Shown: one piece after another, positions 24,881 to 38,191 of the stretch
Layout of the letters: every line of letters starts with the position of its first letter
Position numbering within the stretch: the stretch's first letter is position 1
Origin: Ramazzottius varieornatus
Lineage: Eukaryota > Animalia > Tardigrada
Direction: 5' to 3'
DNA length: 64,000 nucleotides
NCBI GenBank assembly: GCA_001949185.1
Contig: BDGG01000004.1
Span: 1,265,620-1,329,619 of the forward strand
Translations under genes and position numbers: made by a program
The notes under the pieces: model-generated
Told to the model about the DNA's origin: nothing
What the model saw: the letters and a program-made list of their open reading frames with translations, nothing else
Database searches by the model: none

Positions 24881-27800
24881 AGGATTATTCAACCCTCTGG
24901 TATTGAATATTTACTTCTTATGCAGGATTGCAAGAGACCGAGAAGTGGACAATTAACTAATGACCAAACAAATTATAATATTGTTTGATACTGTTTGCCA
25001 AGTCAAATTAAGTCACGAAGTCCTTCCTTGTTGCACAAAAGACCATGCAAACAGTACCTCACAATGTCAACAGTGCCCCGCTTCTGGTGATTCATACCGA
25101 GAGTTCATGAACTGTCAATGAGTTTTATGGCAGTACTACAGAAGTTATCCTGATCAGACGTTGGCAAAATTTATTTGTTGACCATCAATCATTTAATACC
25201 GTGCAAAGAGTCGTATATCGTATTTTATCAGCTCTGACTCGAAGGCGTGCAGGTGCAGTGGCCACCTCTATCGCCACTTTCGAATTTCGCTATTAATTAG
25301 CCAAATGCTATGAAAGTACGTTACTTTTATCTCCTCATCGACCGGGTTATTTGAGCAAGAGACTGTACTCTTCATTCAAACATTTTTCATAATTACCCAT
25401 AAACAGGCGGCTCCTCGAGGTCTACCTACGCTCACCGGCTTTCTTACCCACGAGACCGGCCGGCGCGTTTGTGTCAATTTGCGTATCGTCCATCAGATCT
25501 TTCCGAACAATTTCAGCTACCGAAAGTAGGGCCTCTTTCGATTGTCATTCCAATGGTAGAAGTACTCGAATGGATACGGTAACCGGACTTCTCTACAGCC
25601 TAACGACTTCCGTGAAACCGTACAAAAACTACTGAGCACTGATTTCTTTTCAAGAATTAAGACAGATCGACAAGCGATGCCGAAGCCTCGTTTTGAGCAG
25701 AAAATGTGTCATATGCGGGAAACCCTGACCAGAATAACTATTCACCACACAGGTACTAACAGAGCTCAGAATTATGCTTAATCGCTATCCAGTGGTGAGC
25801 CCATAATTGTGTCAGTTTCGACAAAGGATTAGCATATTATGATGGTCCTACTGCACTTCAACGGATAAATTAATCTCTAAATGCTCGTAGAATTTCCTAC
25901 TTCCTTGATCACAATAATGGGCTGGCGCTGCATACTCTATACCCATGCACCGCGCATCCCGTTCAGACTTCCACCCCGCCAAATGAAACCAAACGTTTAG
26001 AGGATCTGCGTATGTACAGACTTACTGATGACCGTCACTTGTGATAATCGTTAAGGCCTCTTGTCAAATGTATCCTTTAGATCCCTATCGAAAAGCGGGA
26101 TACCAATCGAAAACCAATTACCCCGGAAACCAGAGCTCTTCTCGCTGCGTAACTGCGCATGCGAGGTTGCTGGTCCTTCACTTATTTGTCGGTCTCGTAC
26201 GGTGACACCGATACGAACCAAATACCAACCTGTACATCTACAGAGTGCGCACCTATTTTGCAAATGACTGCATGACCGTTACTTCTGTTGTATCTGTTAC
26301 GGCAAGCGCGCCGCCATTTGTAATTACGTGTTTCACTGTACGGTCACGCACTCACCGTCATGGCCATCGGCGTATATATCTCAAATACCGCGCAGGCAAA
26401 AACTTGCCAGCAAAAAGTCGACAAGTGTACTGGGAAGCGAAGGTACGAATGCGTTATAAATGATCAAGCGAACAAATCAGTAGAAGCCATATGTCTACGT
26501 ACAATGTCCATAAGCAGACGACAGGTGATCATCGGCAGTTCGGTACCACCACGCACTCAACCGTAATGGATGGGCCCGCAGTGACCTTGGTCAGAAGATG
26601 GCTGCTGTAGGCTGCAGTACGGAATAATAAGGCCTTGTTTTTACCACAAAGTCATCATGTAAGAATTTCTCCTGACGCCACCATTATAAAATCAGCGATA
26701 TGGTAGAGTAGCGCGGCAGACTTGAAAGTTACGCCCAATCATTCTCAGCCAAGTAGTTCCACACCACGGATCACAACATGCAAGGGCAAGAATAACATTT
26801 GTATACAATCTGTCTGGATGTAATGGAAAAATAAAGATACGGCAGGTACGCAACGCTTCATTGAACGCAAAGTCAAAATCACCAGATAGAGTAAAGTCAA
26901 AACTCTCAAACGATGTCTTTGCAGACATTGAGACTGCTCACCGGAAACTGGTTTAGTCCATTACCGAGATATAGCTTATGTCGCGAGTAAGCCAGTAATT
27001 ACTATCGAGCTAGTCAACTGTCATTTACGCTATTTCGCAAGGTTACTGTGATACAGCAGCTGTCAAACGCTGAAAAAGCATGTCACACAGTGCTGGAGAC
27101 CTTAGTTGGCTTATTATCTACCTGCGAGAAAAGTAACTACCGTTAGGCCATAAAATTCATTTCCTTTTACTTTCGAACGCATCAGAATGCTCGAAATCAT
27201 TGTCAAAAAGATATCGGAGTCCTCCAAGGGCCGCAGTCCGAAACGAAGGCAAGCGCTAGCGTTACTCTTGGCGGAAAACGAAGTGTTGTGCTGGTACGTT
27301 GAACTCGATCTTCTTGCTACAGGTGCACTATGTACTTATTTGCCTCGGACTATGTCATTAGCGATCTTAATTACCATGTGTGGGTAGATTCGTCTACAGC
27401 GCCACCCACCGGATACTTGTCACTGAAGTCTGATACCTTTTCAAAAGAAATGGCACACCTTGCTTGGTAAAGTAAAAGCTTACCGCCATGTTACTTGCAG
27501 TGTACGGGGAGCAATATAGTATCAGGACCCAACTGCGCGAGTTACGCTATACAGTATTAAATAACGCATACCTGCATATGCAAGCAGGAAGTAGCGTTCT
27601 CCGCCGGTTCGCGCATCGATCCCGCCACGGAAGTTTGATCGAGCGTTGGAGGTACTTTCGTCGATTCAGGACGTCTACTGCCTCATTGTGCTTCTAAGTC
27701 GTTAAAGAGGTAGGGTAGACGGGCGATATAAAACAGTCTTGAGAAGAATATCAGTGATTACGTATACGAGCATACTAATGGACAGCTCATGAAATATCGT

Positions 27801-29229
27801 TCAACAGTTAGGGGCTCAGTATAATGGGTAAGTATGGAATTTATGCCTGAATGGACAGAAATATCGGAGTCGCGGAAACAAAAAAGCTAATCGCGCTCAA
27901 GGATGGAAACAATGGCTGCCAGACAGTATTGTTGTTTTTGCATGAATCGCCTGAATGGAGAACTGCCGAATGGGATCTTGCTGCTTCCTTTCAAGCAGGC
28001 AACTCACACGCCGCTATTCTCCTCCGAAGAACCGACATGCACAAAACTGCTATGAGGACACTAATCAAATCACTCAATAAGCAATATCGTAATGGACGAG
28101 ACTGGCTACACGTCGTTCCTAACAGCATCCATTGATGAAGAATACTTTACGAACAGAAATCGACCAAGGAAGCGAGAAGGAAGTTGTTCGCGACCGGACT
28201 GTTTCGATAGAATAGCGCAGACCTCAATTTTGTCAGCTGCTTTCGCACAAGAACAGCCTTTAAAGCAACTATTTTTCAGTCCATATATATCGAGCGATTC
28301 ACAATATTTAGTGCTACCAGATACACAGATCACCAGCGAAGAAGTTAGAAGTAAATTTTTTTGTTTGCTTTTGGTAAACAAGCGCACGTGTCTTCCTTGT
28401 CAGGCTTTGAGAACCAAGACATCCCAGCTTACAATGCAGCTTGTCTTGAAAAAGAGACTTGTTGAATTTGTAGCCAAAAGATAAATCTTAACTTTCGAGT
28501 GAAGTTGGGAAAATGTCGATGAGTTGATGGGGTGATTAAAATGGCCGGAAGGGTCATTTGTTGTTAGACAGGGTGAAGTTGATAGGTCAGAAGGGAGCCG
28601 TTAGCAGGATCGACAATCGGACGGAAGTCAGATTACAGCACGAGGCGATTTATCTACCCAACGAATATTTGGGAAATGAGACTCATTTTGTAAAAAGCTT
28701 TTATATCTAATAACTATAAACTATTTCATGTTTAATTATATGTGGCGAGCCCGCTGAGATCTCGCAGCGTTTCGTGGCTGCATGTAAGTTTTCATGGAAG
28801 AAAAGACACGTCAAATTCCAGTAGTGTCCAGATGAATAGTCCGTATGTCCTTTTGACTATCCTTGATGGACGGAGTTTAAAGACAGACATGTACTATGCA
28901 GGGAAGCAGTGTTCGGTTGGATGATCCCGCTGAGGCGCTTTGTGTAAAGTGTCCTCTTGAGGTAGCGCTACAACCAGAAGAAAGAAAGAGAGTCAAAATT
29001 GCTGAGAGCTGTAAATTGCTTGTAAGTGGCTTTGTTCATGTTGAAACTTGTCGGCTTGGTGTCACTTTAAATTAGCCATCTAATTGCAGATCAAGACAAG
29101 ATGAGCTCACCGAGGAGTCTCATGTACGAACGGCAGGAACTCCCCGAACAATCCAAGACACTGCTGGAATTTCTTATCACCCAACACAATAGGCAACACT
29201 ACCCCTTCCATCAATTCCCATCCCCACAG

Positions 29230-29645
29230 ACTTCTTGAAGCATATGCCCCGGACTCCCGTATAGTGTCCGAAGAAGGTGCAATGCTAAGGTCCTAAACTT
29301 CCGGGTAGAAAGCCGATACCTACGTTAACCCTCCCAGCTGGAACTTGGTACCCAGTTGCAAACAGTCAAAAACTCCCTGATTGTTTTCGTGTGCGCTGAG
29401 ACACAGAAAAGCGGGTTTTTTCCCTCAACAATAAGCTGATGGATAACCAGGAAAAAACTGGTGAAAGAGTCAAGGGTAAGGTGCGAAGGTGGCATATGGG
29501 TACCGACGTCTCGAATCCTGGTCAGTAATCCCACCAAGTTGCTTAGTGGAAGCCACGGACTGGACCTGACCCAGCTGCTGGGAAGTTAGGCCACTACGCC
29601 CACTCTCGAGCTGAGCTACATCTCGGCTACTCCAAGACCCTGTAA
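29230..29645 (+). mobile_element. Probable degenerate 3' fragment of a CR1/L2-clade LINE
   Basis: KNSLIVFVCAETQKSGFFPSTIS*W resembles the LINE ORF2 C-terminal motif SFFPxTIxLWNxL; downstream HSRAELHLGYSK resembles the H.RLRLG.S motif. Stops are present. Confidence 0.4.
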
Positions 29646-30777
29646 TTAAAACTTCAATTCATAGTAATCTTCCAGCAGTTAGCAGCCACAACAAGGGCGT
29701 GCTCAAGGAGATGCTCTGTTCTTCATAACTATTGTTAGGATGTTCTCCCCTACAAGTTCCGAAATGAATCTGGTAGTGTTATGTTATTTTTCGGTTTACC
29801 CCTTAGAGAGACGGACTTCCAAAAGCCCTGTGTAACCATAGAGTATGTTTGGGTTCTGAATGAGCGGAAAAAAAGATTGTCGTTGTAATCTTCCCTACGT
29901 AATTATACACATAACTCTTCAATGGATAGCTGGTCATAATCCTTTAATTACGTCTCGGTTCTCAGACGCTCTTCCCTATGTAACGAGGAAACCGCACATT
30001 CCGGAAGAAGTTATCCGTTGTCATCAATGCTCTTGGCCGAGATGACAATGGGACTGCCAATGAGTCCCCGGATGATGCTTTGCACCGCTCATTGACCAAA
30101 CATGGCTTAAGATGGGAAGATAGTGGGATAAATGGGCGACTTGGGTCTTAATTTGCGCGAGACCCGATAACCATCATCGAAAGATCACAGTTGACTCTTT
30201 GAACAAATTACGGTAAGCTCACAGCTAACCAGAGCCTAGCACGCAATATCAAAACAAGAGTCTATGTCTGCCGTATACCGCTGGCTATTTACCCTCCAAA
30301 TGTGAGGATATTATCGGCTCTGGTGCAGCAATCATCGGCCTTGCTAAATACCCATGCTCTCCTAATGAGCTCGTTTAACTTCTCGGATCCTGTAGCGTTT
30401 CCCTTCCTGCAGAACCAGAAGGATTTGGTTAGATGCTATGCCACTCTGATGAAACTGGAAGTCGAAGCTCAAACGAAAAATTCAGCAGGCAGTGATTTTT
30501 CTTCGGGAACTCTAGATGTTCTCCAAAATCTTCACTCTAAACCATCGACAGCCGGGATAGTAACATTCAAGCTCGCCAAACTCGACCGTAGCTACCGAGT
30601 TTCGATATTCGAACGGATAAACTATGTAAAATGTCAAACACGGTTGAGAAAAGATAACAACTAAGCGAAATTTCAAGGAAAGAAGTTTCGCAAAACAATA
30701 AAAGCACACTGGAAGCGCGTATTTCGTACCGTAGCGAAACGGTGTCAAAAATGAAGATGTCGCATCCGCTGGTTCCC

Positions 30778-31515
30778 TCACAAGCGCCTCCTGTCGGTCA
30801 GAACTCGCATGACGCTGCCCACACCTCCAATGGCATAAACCTGAACACAATTTGAACATTCTCGTCAGATTTAGAACCTCCCGAACTTCAGGAAACCACC
30901 GGTATGAGAAACATTCCCTGTCGACGGGACGTGTAAGTACGATGGGAGAGTACTCGTATGAAACAAACCTTCTCGTGCCAGTTAAGAAGCATGGTGCTAT
31001 GTGCAGGGAAGTCAAATCCGCGATAGATGTACTTCATCAAGGTATCGACGTGCTCCATGTTCGCCATAGAGCTCAACGCAGCATCCATCTCTGTTGTTTT
31101 GAAGCTGGTCAAAATCCTTAGAACAGTTTGCAAAGCCTTGTCCTGTAACAAACCAACATACCGTAGTACATAGCTCGCAGTATCCAACTAACCAGCTACG
31201 GTTCACTTACTTTGACAGCTTGGTCTTTGCTGTTGAGGGGAGCTTTGGCGACGGCCAGCAGTAAAGCATCAACATTCTTCCCCCTACAACATCGAACATA
31301 GGGTACGTCAGACACAGCTGAAGTTACGGACCGATCTGAGAACTGTGTCCAACTTACGAATTCAACAGGCGAACTATTTCTGTGTCGTCCGGTCCCGGGC
31401 TGCTGACTTCGCCGTTCTCGCCACTGCCTGCAACACCGTCCTCCACGTAAACATCTTCTCCATACTGGTCCACATCGATTCCGCGGAAAGAGCTACTCGT
31501 GGTATTCTTTGACAT
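30778..31515 (-). CDS. ARPC5: Actin-related protein 2/3 complex subunit 5 (4 exons)
   Basis: MSKNTTSSSFRGIDVDQY...DTLMKYIYRGFDFP...LLNWHEK|VYAIGGVGSVMRVLTDRRRL*. Confidence 0.95.
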
Positions 31516-32180
31516 TCTTGCGTTGGTTTGCACTGGAACTGGAAAACGCAATTAGAATTTAGAAATTCAAGAAGTCAAAACTCAAAAATGATAACGAATG
31601 GGAATTCGAAATTTTCGTTTTTCACGGGTAGACACTGGGACGGAATCCGTCTTTGAGAACCGTACGGCACGCCACCGCCCACATGCTGACGGTGATGTTA
31701 TGTCGTTCTTTCCTGTAGCCCCTCTTGGGTCAAGATGGGTACAAGGGAAATGGTATGCCCACAGGCTAGCAAGTGCCAACTGGCCATGACCTCGATGACC
31801 TGCTCGAAAGTGATCAGTGATCACGAAGTTTTCTGAGTTTTCTTCCAGAAAGAATCTTCGGGACTTCATGTCTGGCTGGACTTGTGCCGCCTACTTTATC
31901 GATTTGCAGGCTCGAAAGAGTATAGGAAACTAGCCTTTTGTAAGTTCGGAATCGACGACTGCAGTTGCCGTATGATTGAAAGGTAAGTCGTCTTTTGTTT
32001 CATGTGTGGCGGAAGCTTGATGGATGCTGATGTTCTTGGTTGCTCACATGGGTAATCTGGACTCTTGCTTGCTGTTGCAGGTAGTATGCAGGTCATCTGT
32101 CAGCTGGGGCCATCAAGGTAACTGTTTGCATTATCAGAAACACCCGTACATCCAGAAACAGGACGGGGCTACTGGGCACG

Positions 32181-35100
32181 ATGGACGCTACACCTACGGC
32201 TGTTTCGCCTTCGGTGACATCGCAAGACTTATCCACCGCTGCAACATCAGAGTTCAGTACACATGGAGGCGACAATTTCGCCGATGCTGAAGCTTCTAAC
32301 GATTCGTTTGGGGATGGCAGTTCGGAAGTTACATCGGTCAACACTGATACGGTAATAATTACTCTCATGTACCCAAAGAGGACAAGTCGGCCACCGTGAA
32401 TCTCGACGGTCGACGTTATGTGACGTTGTGAGTGGCCGAGTTATCTCTCGTGCTTCGTAGTTACCGTTGTGCTAGCAAGCTTGAAGTTTCAGTCTTTTCT
32501 TTCTCTTTATAGTCGAGTGCGAAGCAAGCGAGACCCGGAGGTGCTGGTGGGCCCAGCCCGAGTGCAGCAGGAAATCGAATCAACACAGGAACGACCACCA
32601 ACCAGCTACTCTTCATACAGCGGACAGTCCTGAAGCCATTATGGAACAGCCAAATGGCCAATCCGTTCAAGACACCCGTAGATGCAGTTAAGCTGAACCT
32701 ACCCGACTACCATACAATCATCAAGGTCCCAATGGACATGGGCACGATCAAGAAGCGTCTCGAGCAGGGATTCTACAGTAAGGCCGAGCAGTGCATTCAG
32801 GACTTCAAGCAAATGTTTAGTAACTGCTATACATACAATCCACCCGGACACGTTGTCTACACGTGGGGACAGAAGCTAGAGAAGATGTTCGTTAGTCATC
32901 TGGCGAAGATGCCGCGTCAAGAAATTACTGTACCTTTGCCGGAGAGAGGACAAAGAGGCAGGAAGAAGGGCTCAGGAAATCGGATACCGCCGGTTAGAAC
33001 TTCTGTCCCGAAAACCGAACCACGGGAAGTGAAACCTGTAGTGCCTTCTGCTATTTCGGTCAGTATTTCTTCAGCACGTCCACCTCCTGTAGCCACACCA
33101 GCCTTTAGTGGAAAGCTGGAAGGGCCTTCCCACTATCCATCGGTATGACTCCGTTGAGCATTTACAAAAACTTTGTTGAATAAACCGACTTTGCTTTTAG
33201 CGAGCTGTGTCAACTGCACAAAGTTCTTCCACGAAGTTGCCGCCGCCGCCGCCGCCCGCAGCCAAAACTCAAAGCATCGCACCTCCTCCACCTGCAAACC
33301 CTGCCAGTACTAACAAGCGGAAGAAAGACATGGCTCCGATGCGTGCTTACGCCTACGAAGACGAACCGGAAGAAGAACCCACACCGAAGAAGAGAACCAT
33401 CAAAGCTCCACCACCACGCGATCTTCCCGAAGAACGTCCCTCTCACTCACATACACGCCCTCATTCTCCCATCAAATACAAGAGCGCAATTCCGGAACCA
33501 CTGAAGTTCTGTCAGGGTATCATGAAGGAGCTACTCAGCCAGAAGCACAGCGAGTACGCCTGGCCGTTTTACCATCCCGTGGATGTTCGCGATCTGGGCT
33601 TGGACGACTATTTCGACATCATCAAGCATCCGATCGACCTAGGTAGCCGCTTCGGAAGCTGTCGAAGTGGATATGAATTGGCTGACAAACTGTTTTTCCT
33701 ATATAGGTACGATCAAGAGTAAGTTGGACGATCGGCAGTATAAGAACGCGGGTGAGTTCGCCGCGGACTTGAGGCTGATGTTCACTAACTGCTACCGATA
33801 CAACGCAGCCGACCATGATGTCCACAAGTTCGGAAAAAGACTTCAGGTAAGCACTTTCCTTTCAAATATGCTAGCTTTCCGATTTGACCAGTCTTCTGGG
33901 TTAAAGGAAGTTTTCGAGATGAAGTTCGCCAAGCTTCCAACCGAAGCCTTCGATGACGTGCCTGAGATGGTGGTGGCACCCATCGGAGCTCCACCACCCA
34001 TGGCACCGCCACCGAAAAAGCAGTTTGAAACCAAGGCAGCCCGTCGTGCGTTCGTGCCCGAAGTCAGTCTAGACCAGGAGGAAAGTAACGAGTCGGCGGT
34101 GTTACAACAGCTCCAGTTACAGCTGAAAACGGCAAGTCTTCCGTCAAACTTTTCAAATTCGGGGCTAAATAATCACTGCGGACTTCGTGTTGTTTTAGGT
34201 GCAGCAACAGATCGCACAGATGAGTAGTGGTGAACCACAAAAGAAGAAGCTAGGTCGAAAAAGTAAGGCAGAGTTAGCGGCGGCTGCTGCTGCTTCGCCC
34301 GAGCGTCCACTTCCGGCCAGTGCCCAGCCTATGGCGAACATCGTCAAACCCGTACAAGGCGGTCCACCGGGCGCTAAGCCACCGCACGTTCCGGGCAAGA
34401 AGGGCCGGCCACCTGGCTCGAAGAACCTACCAAAGAAGGATAAGTTGCCGCCTGTAGCGACTGGCGCCGTTTCTGCATCTGATTCAGCGACAGACAGAAG
34501 TCCCTCTCGGTCACCGAAGAAGTCACCTGTCAAGGATATGTCTGTTCCTGTTGAAAAGCCTCCGCCTTCCAAACCGTAAGTTTTCTCTATAATCTTGATC
34601 TCGTAAGTCAGCAGTTGCTTTGAATGCGCTGAAGGAAATAACTATCCCGTTTCAGAGCCACACCGAAAGCTCCGAGGAAAAAGAAGAACGCAAAGGATGG
34701 AGCGCCGGTACCAGCGGCTGCGCCTGTATACGATAGTGACGAAGAAGATAACGTCCGTCCCATGTCGTACGACGAAACCCGACGGCTAAGCTTAGACATC
34801 AACCGACTCCCGCCTGACAAGCTGGGCAAAGTTGTCAACATCATTCAGCAGTACGAAGTTGCGCTTTCCAACTTTCTTCTTGTCAGTTTCGTGCTTTGAG
34901 AAGGAACCTGACGTTTTTCGTTACAGGAGAGAACCCGGCCTGAAAGATTCCAACCCAGACGAGATCGAGATTGACTTCGCTACGCTGAAGCCATCAACAT
35001 TGCGCGAGCTGGAGGTCTACGTCAATAGTATTCTGCGCAAGCGGGGTCGCAAGCCGGGTACGGGCAAGAAGCCGGCTGCCGGTTCTTCGCCACAGAAGGC

Positions 35101-35296
35101 CGATACTGGATCAAGCCAAGAAAGCGCAGGCGGTGGTCCGGCCGCAAAGGCTCCCGGAAGTAAGGGCAAAGCAGCAACTGGCAAGAATAAGACGGTGGCT
35201 GGTGCAAACAGCGGACGCCTCAGCAGTTCCTCGGAGTCTTCCGCGCATTCTAGCGCTGCTTCGTCCACTGGCAGTTCCTCTTCCGATTCTGAGTAA
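32181..35296 (+). CDS. BET-family bromodomain protein (BRD2/3/4, fs(1)h short-form type): BD1, BD2, ET, SEED
   Basis: [16 protein letters not shown]...[30 protein letters not shown]; [13 protein letters not shown]; [26 protein letters not shown]; [21 protein letters not shown]; Ser-rich end. Confidence 0.93.
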
Positions 35297-35811
35297 ACCA
35301 AAGTATTCGTTTTTTTATGTTGTTCAGACTTTTCACTACATTAGCCATATCCCTTTTGGCATCATCTGTGCATCGTTGTTTTCTCATTGCATACAAAAGC
35401 GCTAAGTGGCCACATTGTGCGTTGTCATTTTGTGCTCCTGGTTTCTGTGCCCACCTGTCTTGTGTCACAAATACCGAAGTATTTCAAATTGTCTTCTTGA
35501 CTGCTTCGTCTCCTTATAGTTCTCACTTTACTTTCTTTGCTTGATATCTTGGATTTTCCGCTGTATTCCGCTCTTTGTTTTTCTCATTACTGCTTCGTTA
35601 CTCTTGTAGGACATTTTGTCTTCTGTCGTTATAAAGTATCGAACCGCACCGAGGCCCCTACACGAGTCTGCAGTACGCCAAAGTTACACAGCGAGTAACT
35701 GAAAGTATGGACACGTATTCTGCAACCCCAGTTTCAGCTGAAAGACTCAAAATGGAAACTCATGAACAGACACTACGAAACACTGCATGTAAGAGAGAAG
35801 CCATGCGTGTT

Positions 35812-37696
35812 TCAGTTTTGGTATCGACGTTTGCCACGAGGTTGATAAAGCTGGATGGCGGGTCTTGCTCGGTTCGGCACACGGCTTCCTCCCTCAGTTA
35901 CCGCATCGTTAACATTACTAGTGGAGTGACTTTCTTCTGGACTGGTAGGGTTATTCTGGCCTGCCGTGGACGAAGGAGGAGGAAGTGAAGATGCTACTTC
36001 GGACGACGGGGACGGTCTTTCCTCTTTTGCCGGCTGCTGAACAGTCATCTGTCTTCCGAACTCCTTCATACCAGTAATGACCACCGACTCGCTATTCCCA
36101 CCTTTGTTTCTCTGCTGGCTGTCTCCACCTGCGCCGCCACTTGTGCCCGGTCTATTGTAACAGTTACCTGGTGGGTTCCTGTTGGACTTACTGAAGACCA
36201 TAGTCTTGCTACCTCCACCACCACCGTTATTACCATCCCGCTGATGCGAGTTGGCCGGAGGTTCCCTCTGGTTATTACTTTGCGCGTTATTCCCGCCTCT
36301 TCCACCACGACTTTGGCCCAAGCGTTCAGGGAAGTAGTGTCGACCACGATCGTTCTCAGATCCTGACTGCTTCGTGCCCATCTCGGGAAGCGAAGAAGTC
36401 TTGTCTAATGGAGTGTTTCGTCCGGGTTTCCCAGTTGGTGTACCTATCGGAACCCACGGTTGAAAAAGGAAAAGGTCTGTTCCAGACTTGCAGTACATGT
36501 AACATCGTTTACCTTGTGCACTTCCTGCTGGTTGGGACTGTTGAGATGGTCTGGAGTTCGAAGTGTCCGACGGAGACTCTACCGGCGGTTTCTTGACTAT
36601 CTGCGGTCTTTGAGGTTCTGTAGCGTCATGTGGCTTCTCAAGAATACCTGTTACTTTGCGTGAAGACATCGCAGCCGCTTGCTTGCCCCATTTGTCCCGT
36701 TGACGCTCCTTCCGGGAGGAAGGAGCAGGGCCGCCTTGTCTTCCGCCTCGGTCTTCATGCCTTCGCCTGTTGTGCTGCTCTTGTTCTTCCTGCCTTTGCT
36801 GCTGCAAGTACTCCATCAAAGGCGTCACCTGGTTCTCTGGTTGAGCACTCTTTTCCAGGGCGGCCAAGCTGGCCTGGACCTTTGCTGAAGAGGACGTGGT
36901 GGTGACATCTTTCTTCTTCTCCAGTTCTTCGACGAAGCGTTTGAATTCTTCGGTATTAAAGATATCACCGCACTTGTTGTCGGCTTTCTCTTGATTTTGA
37001 GCTGCAACTCGCTGGTAAGGCGCTATTTCCACTACACACCGCAGCTCGTGTCCTGTTGAAACAACTCAACTGCTGTCAATGTATCTGACACATCAATTGT
37101 GCGTCAGAATTACCTCTACTGTCCAAGAAAACATATCCGTCAAACTTTTCCTTAAACGTTGCAACATCATCGTCATTCCGGAAACGAATGTATGCGCGAC
37201 TTCGAGCTTGATTTGCGAGCCTAAAAGCAACGTACACGTGATATATATATGCGCATATATACCGGATATGTTTCGTCGTCCAGCCCCACGAGAATGAGTA
37301 AGACACAACAGTGCAGGCCATCGTTCTTACGATTTATCTGGTCCATGGAAAGCGAGGTAGGTGTGTTCCGGAACTGGAGAAATATGCTGCAGAAAAGTCT
37401 CTCTGGTGAAGTTGGCCGGAAGGTTGCGCATCACCAGCTGCAAGAACGATCGAGTTACCGGAAGTTACTACTGCGAAGTCAAGGAACTGCCCCTGACGAT
37501 CCGCACATACTTTTCGAGGAGCAGTCTGCATCTCCGCTTCTTGATCTGTACTTCTGGAAGCTTTGTGCGGTTTCGATCTTGGCATCGCGCGACTGGATTC
37601 AGAGGATGCAGTAGCATGCGCTCCGGACTGATGTCCTCCATTCCGTCTTTCCCGAGGTTGCTTGCCTCCAGCTCGTTTACTCTGTTGTTTACTCAT
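35812..37696 (-). CDS. UPF3: Regulator of nonsense transcripts 3 (UPF3/Smg4)
   Basis: LVMRNLPANFTRETF...SRAYIRF...FKEKFDGYVFLDSRG.E...VVEIAPYQRV; C-terminal EJC-binding motif RVPNRARPAIQLYQP. Confidence 0.92.
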
Positions 37697-37899
37697 CCTT
37701 CTTCGCTTCTGCCAACGATGTTCGCGAACATATGTGTGTGGAGGTACTCCTCAGGCCGTGGCAGATCCGTGTTACCGTGTAGATATGAGAGACTGCTGGC
37801 TACTGCAGAAAAATTCGTATAATTTCAGATTTCGTGAAGCGTCACATAGGTGAAACTGCGATGTGTGCTAAAACATCCCGCAGATAACGTGATACATCC

Positions 37900-38060
37900 A
37901 GACGGTGGATTGATTGGATCGACATCTTGATTCCTCGTCGACTTCACCAGGTGACAGTTGGGCTATTTTTATTGCTTGCGTAACAAACGTGATAAGGAAC
38001 AGTGACGTCACACGGAGTTAGACTAGCCACGCCTCGCCCATTCCGTTCAAGGCTATGAGA
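37900..38060. promoter_or_regulatory. Bidirectional promoter between UPF3 and ANT
   Basis: About 500 bp between divergent start codons; perfect CRE palindrome TGACGTCA at 38003-38010 and a reverse CCAAT box (GATTGG) near 37912. Confidence 0.5.
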
Positions 38061-38191
38061 ACGAGCACCGCAAAAAGACCGACCCGTCTGCTTCGCTGCA
38101 ATTTTGCCTTCCATCCATCGTTCGCCCATTTGCTTGTCGGAACATCGTCCCTTCAAGTCCAGTTCCCTCCAAGTTCCTTAACAACCGGAGA

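Larger units (their letters stand above)
21600..30700. promoter_or_regulatory. Gene-poor upstream region of Sp6-9, probable cis-regulatory domain
   Basis: About 9 kb with no recognisable host gene in an otherwise very dense genome, directly 5' of a developmental transcription factor; many TAAT/ATTA motifs. Function is inferred. Confidence 0.45.

Noticed and set aside
27710-28700. ORFs of 94-130 aa with weak GGGTAGA...TCTACCC inverted ends
   Set aside because: The inverted match is only 7 bp and no transposase or host motif is recognisable.
30302-30664. 120-aa plus-strand ORF downstream of ARPC5
   Set aside because: No recognisable domain or convincing exon chain; it probably overlaps the ARPC5 3' region by chance.
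35404-35456. AAGTGGCCAC...GTGCCCACCT in the BET 3' UTR
   Set aside because: Spacer is too long, half-sites are imperfect and the AGATCG arms are absent; not counted as a copy.
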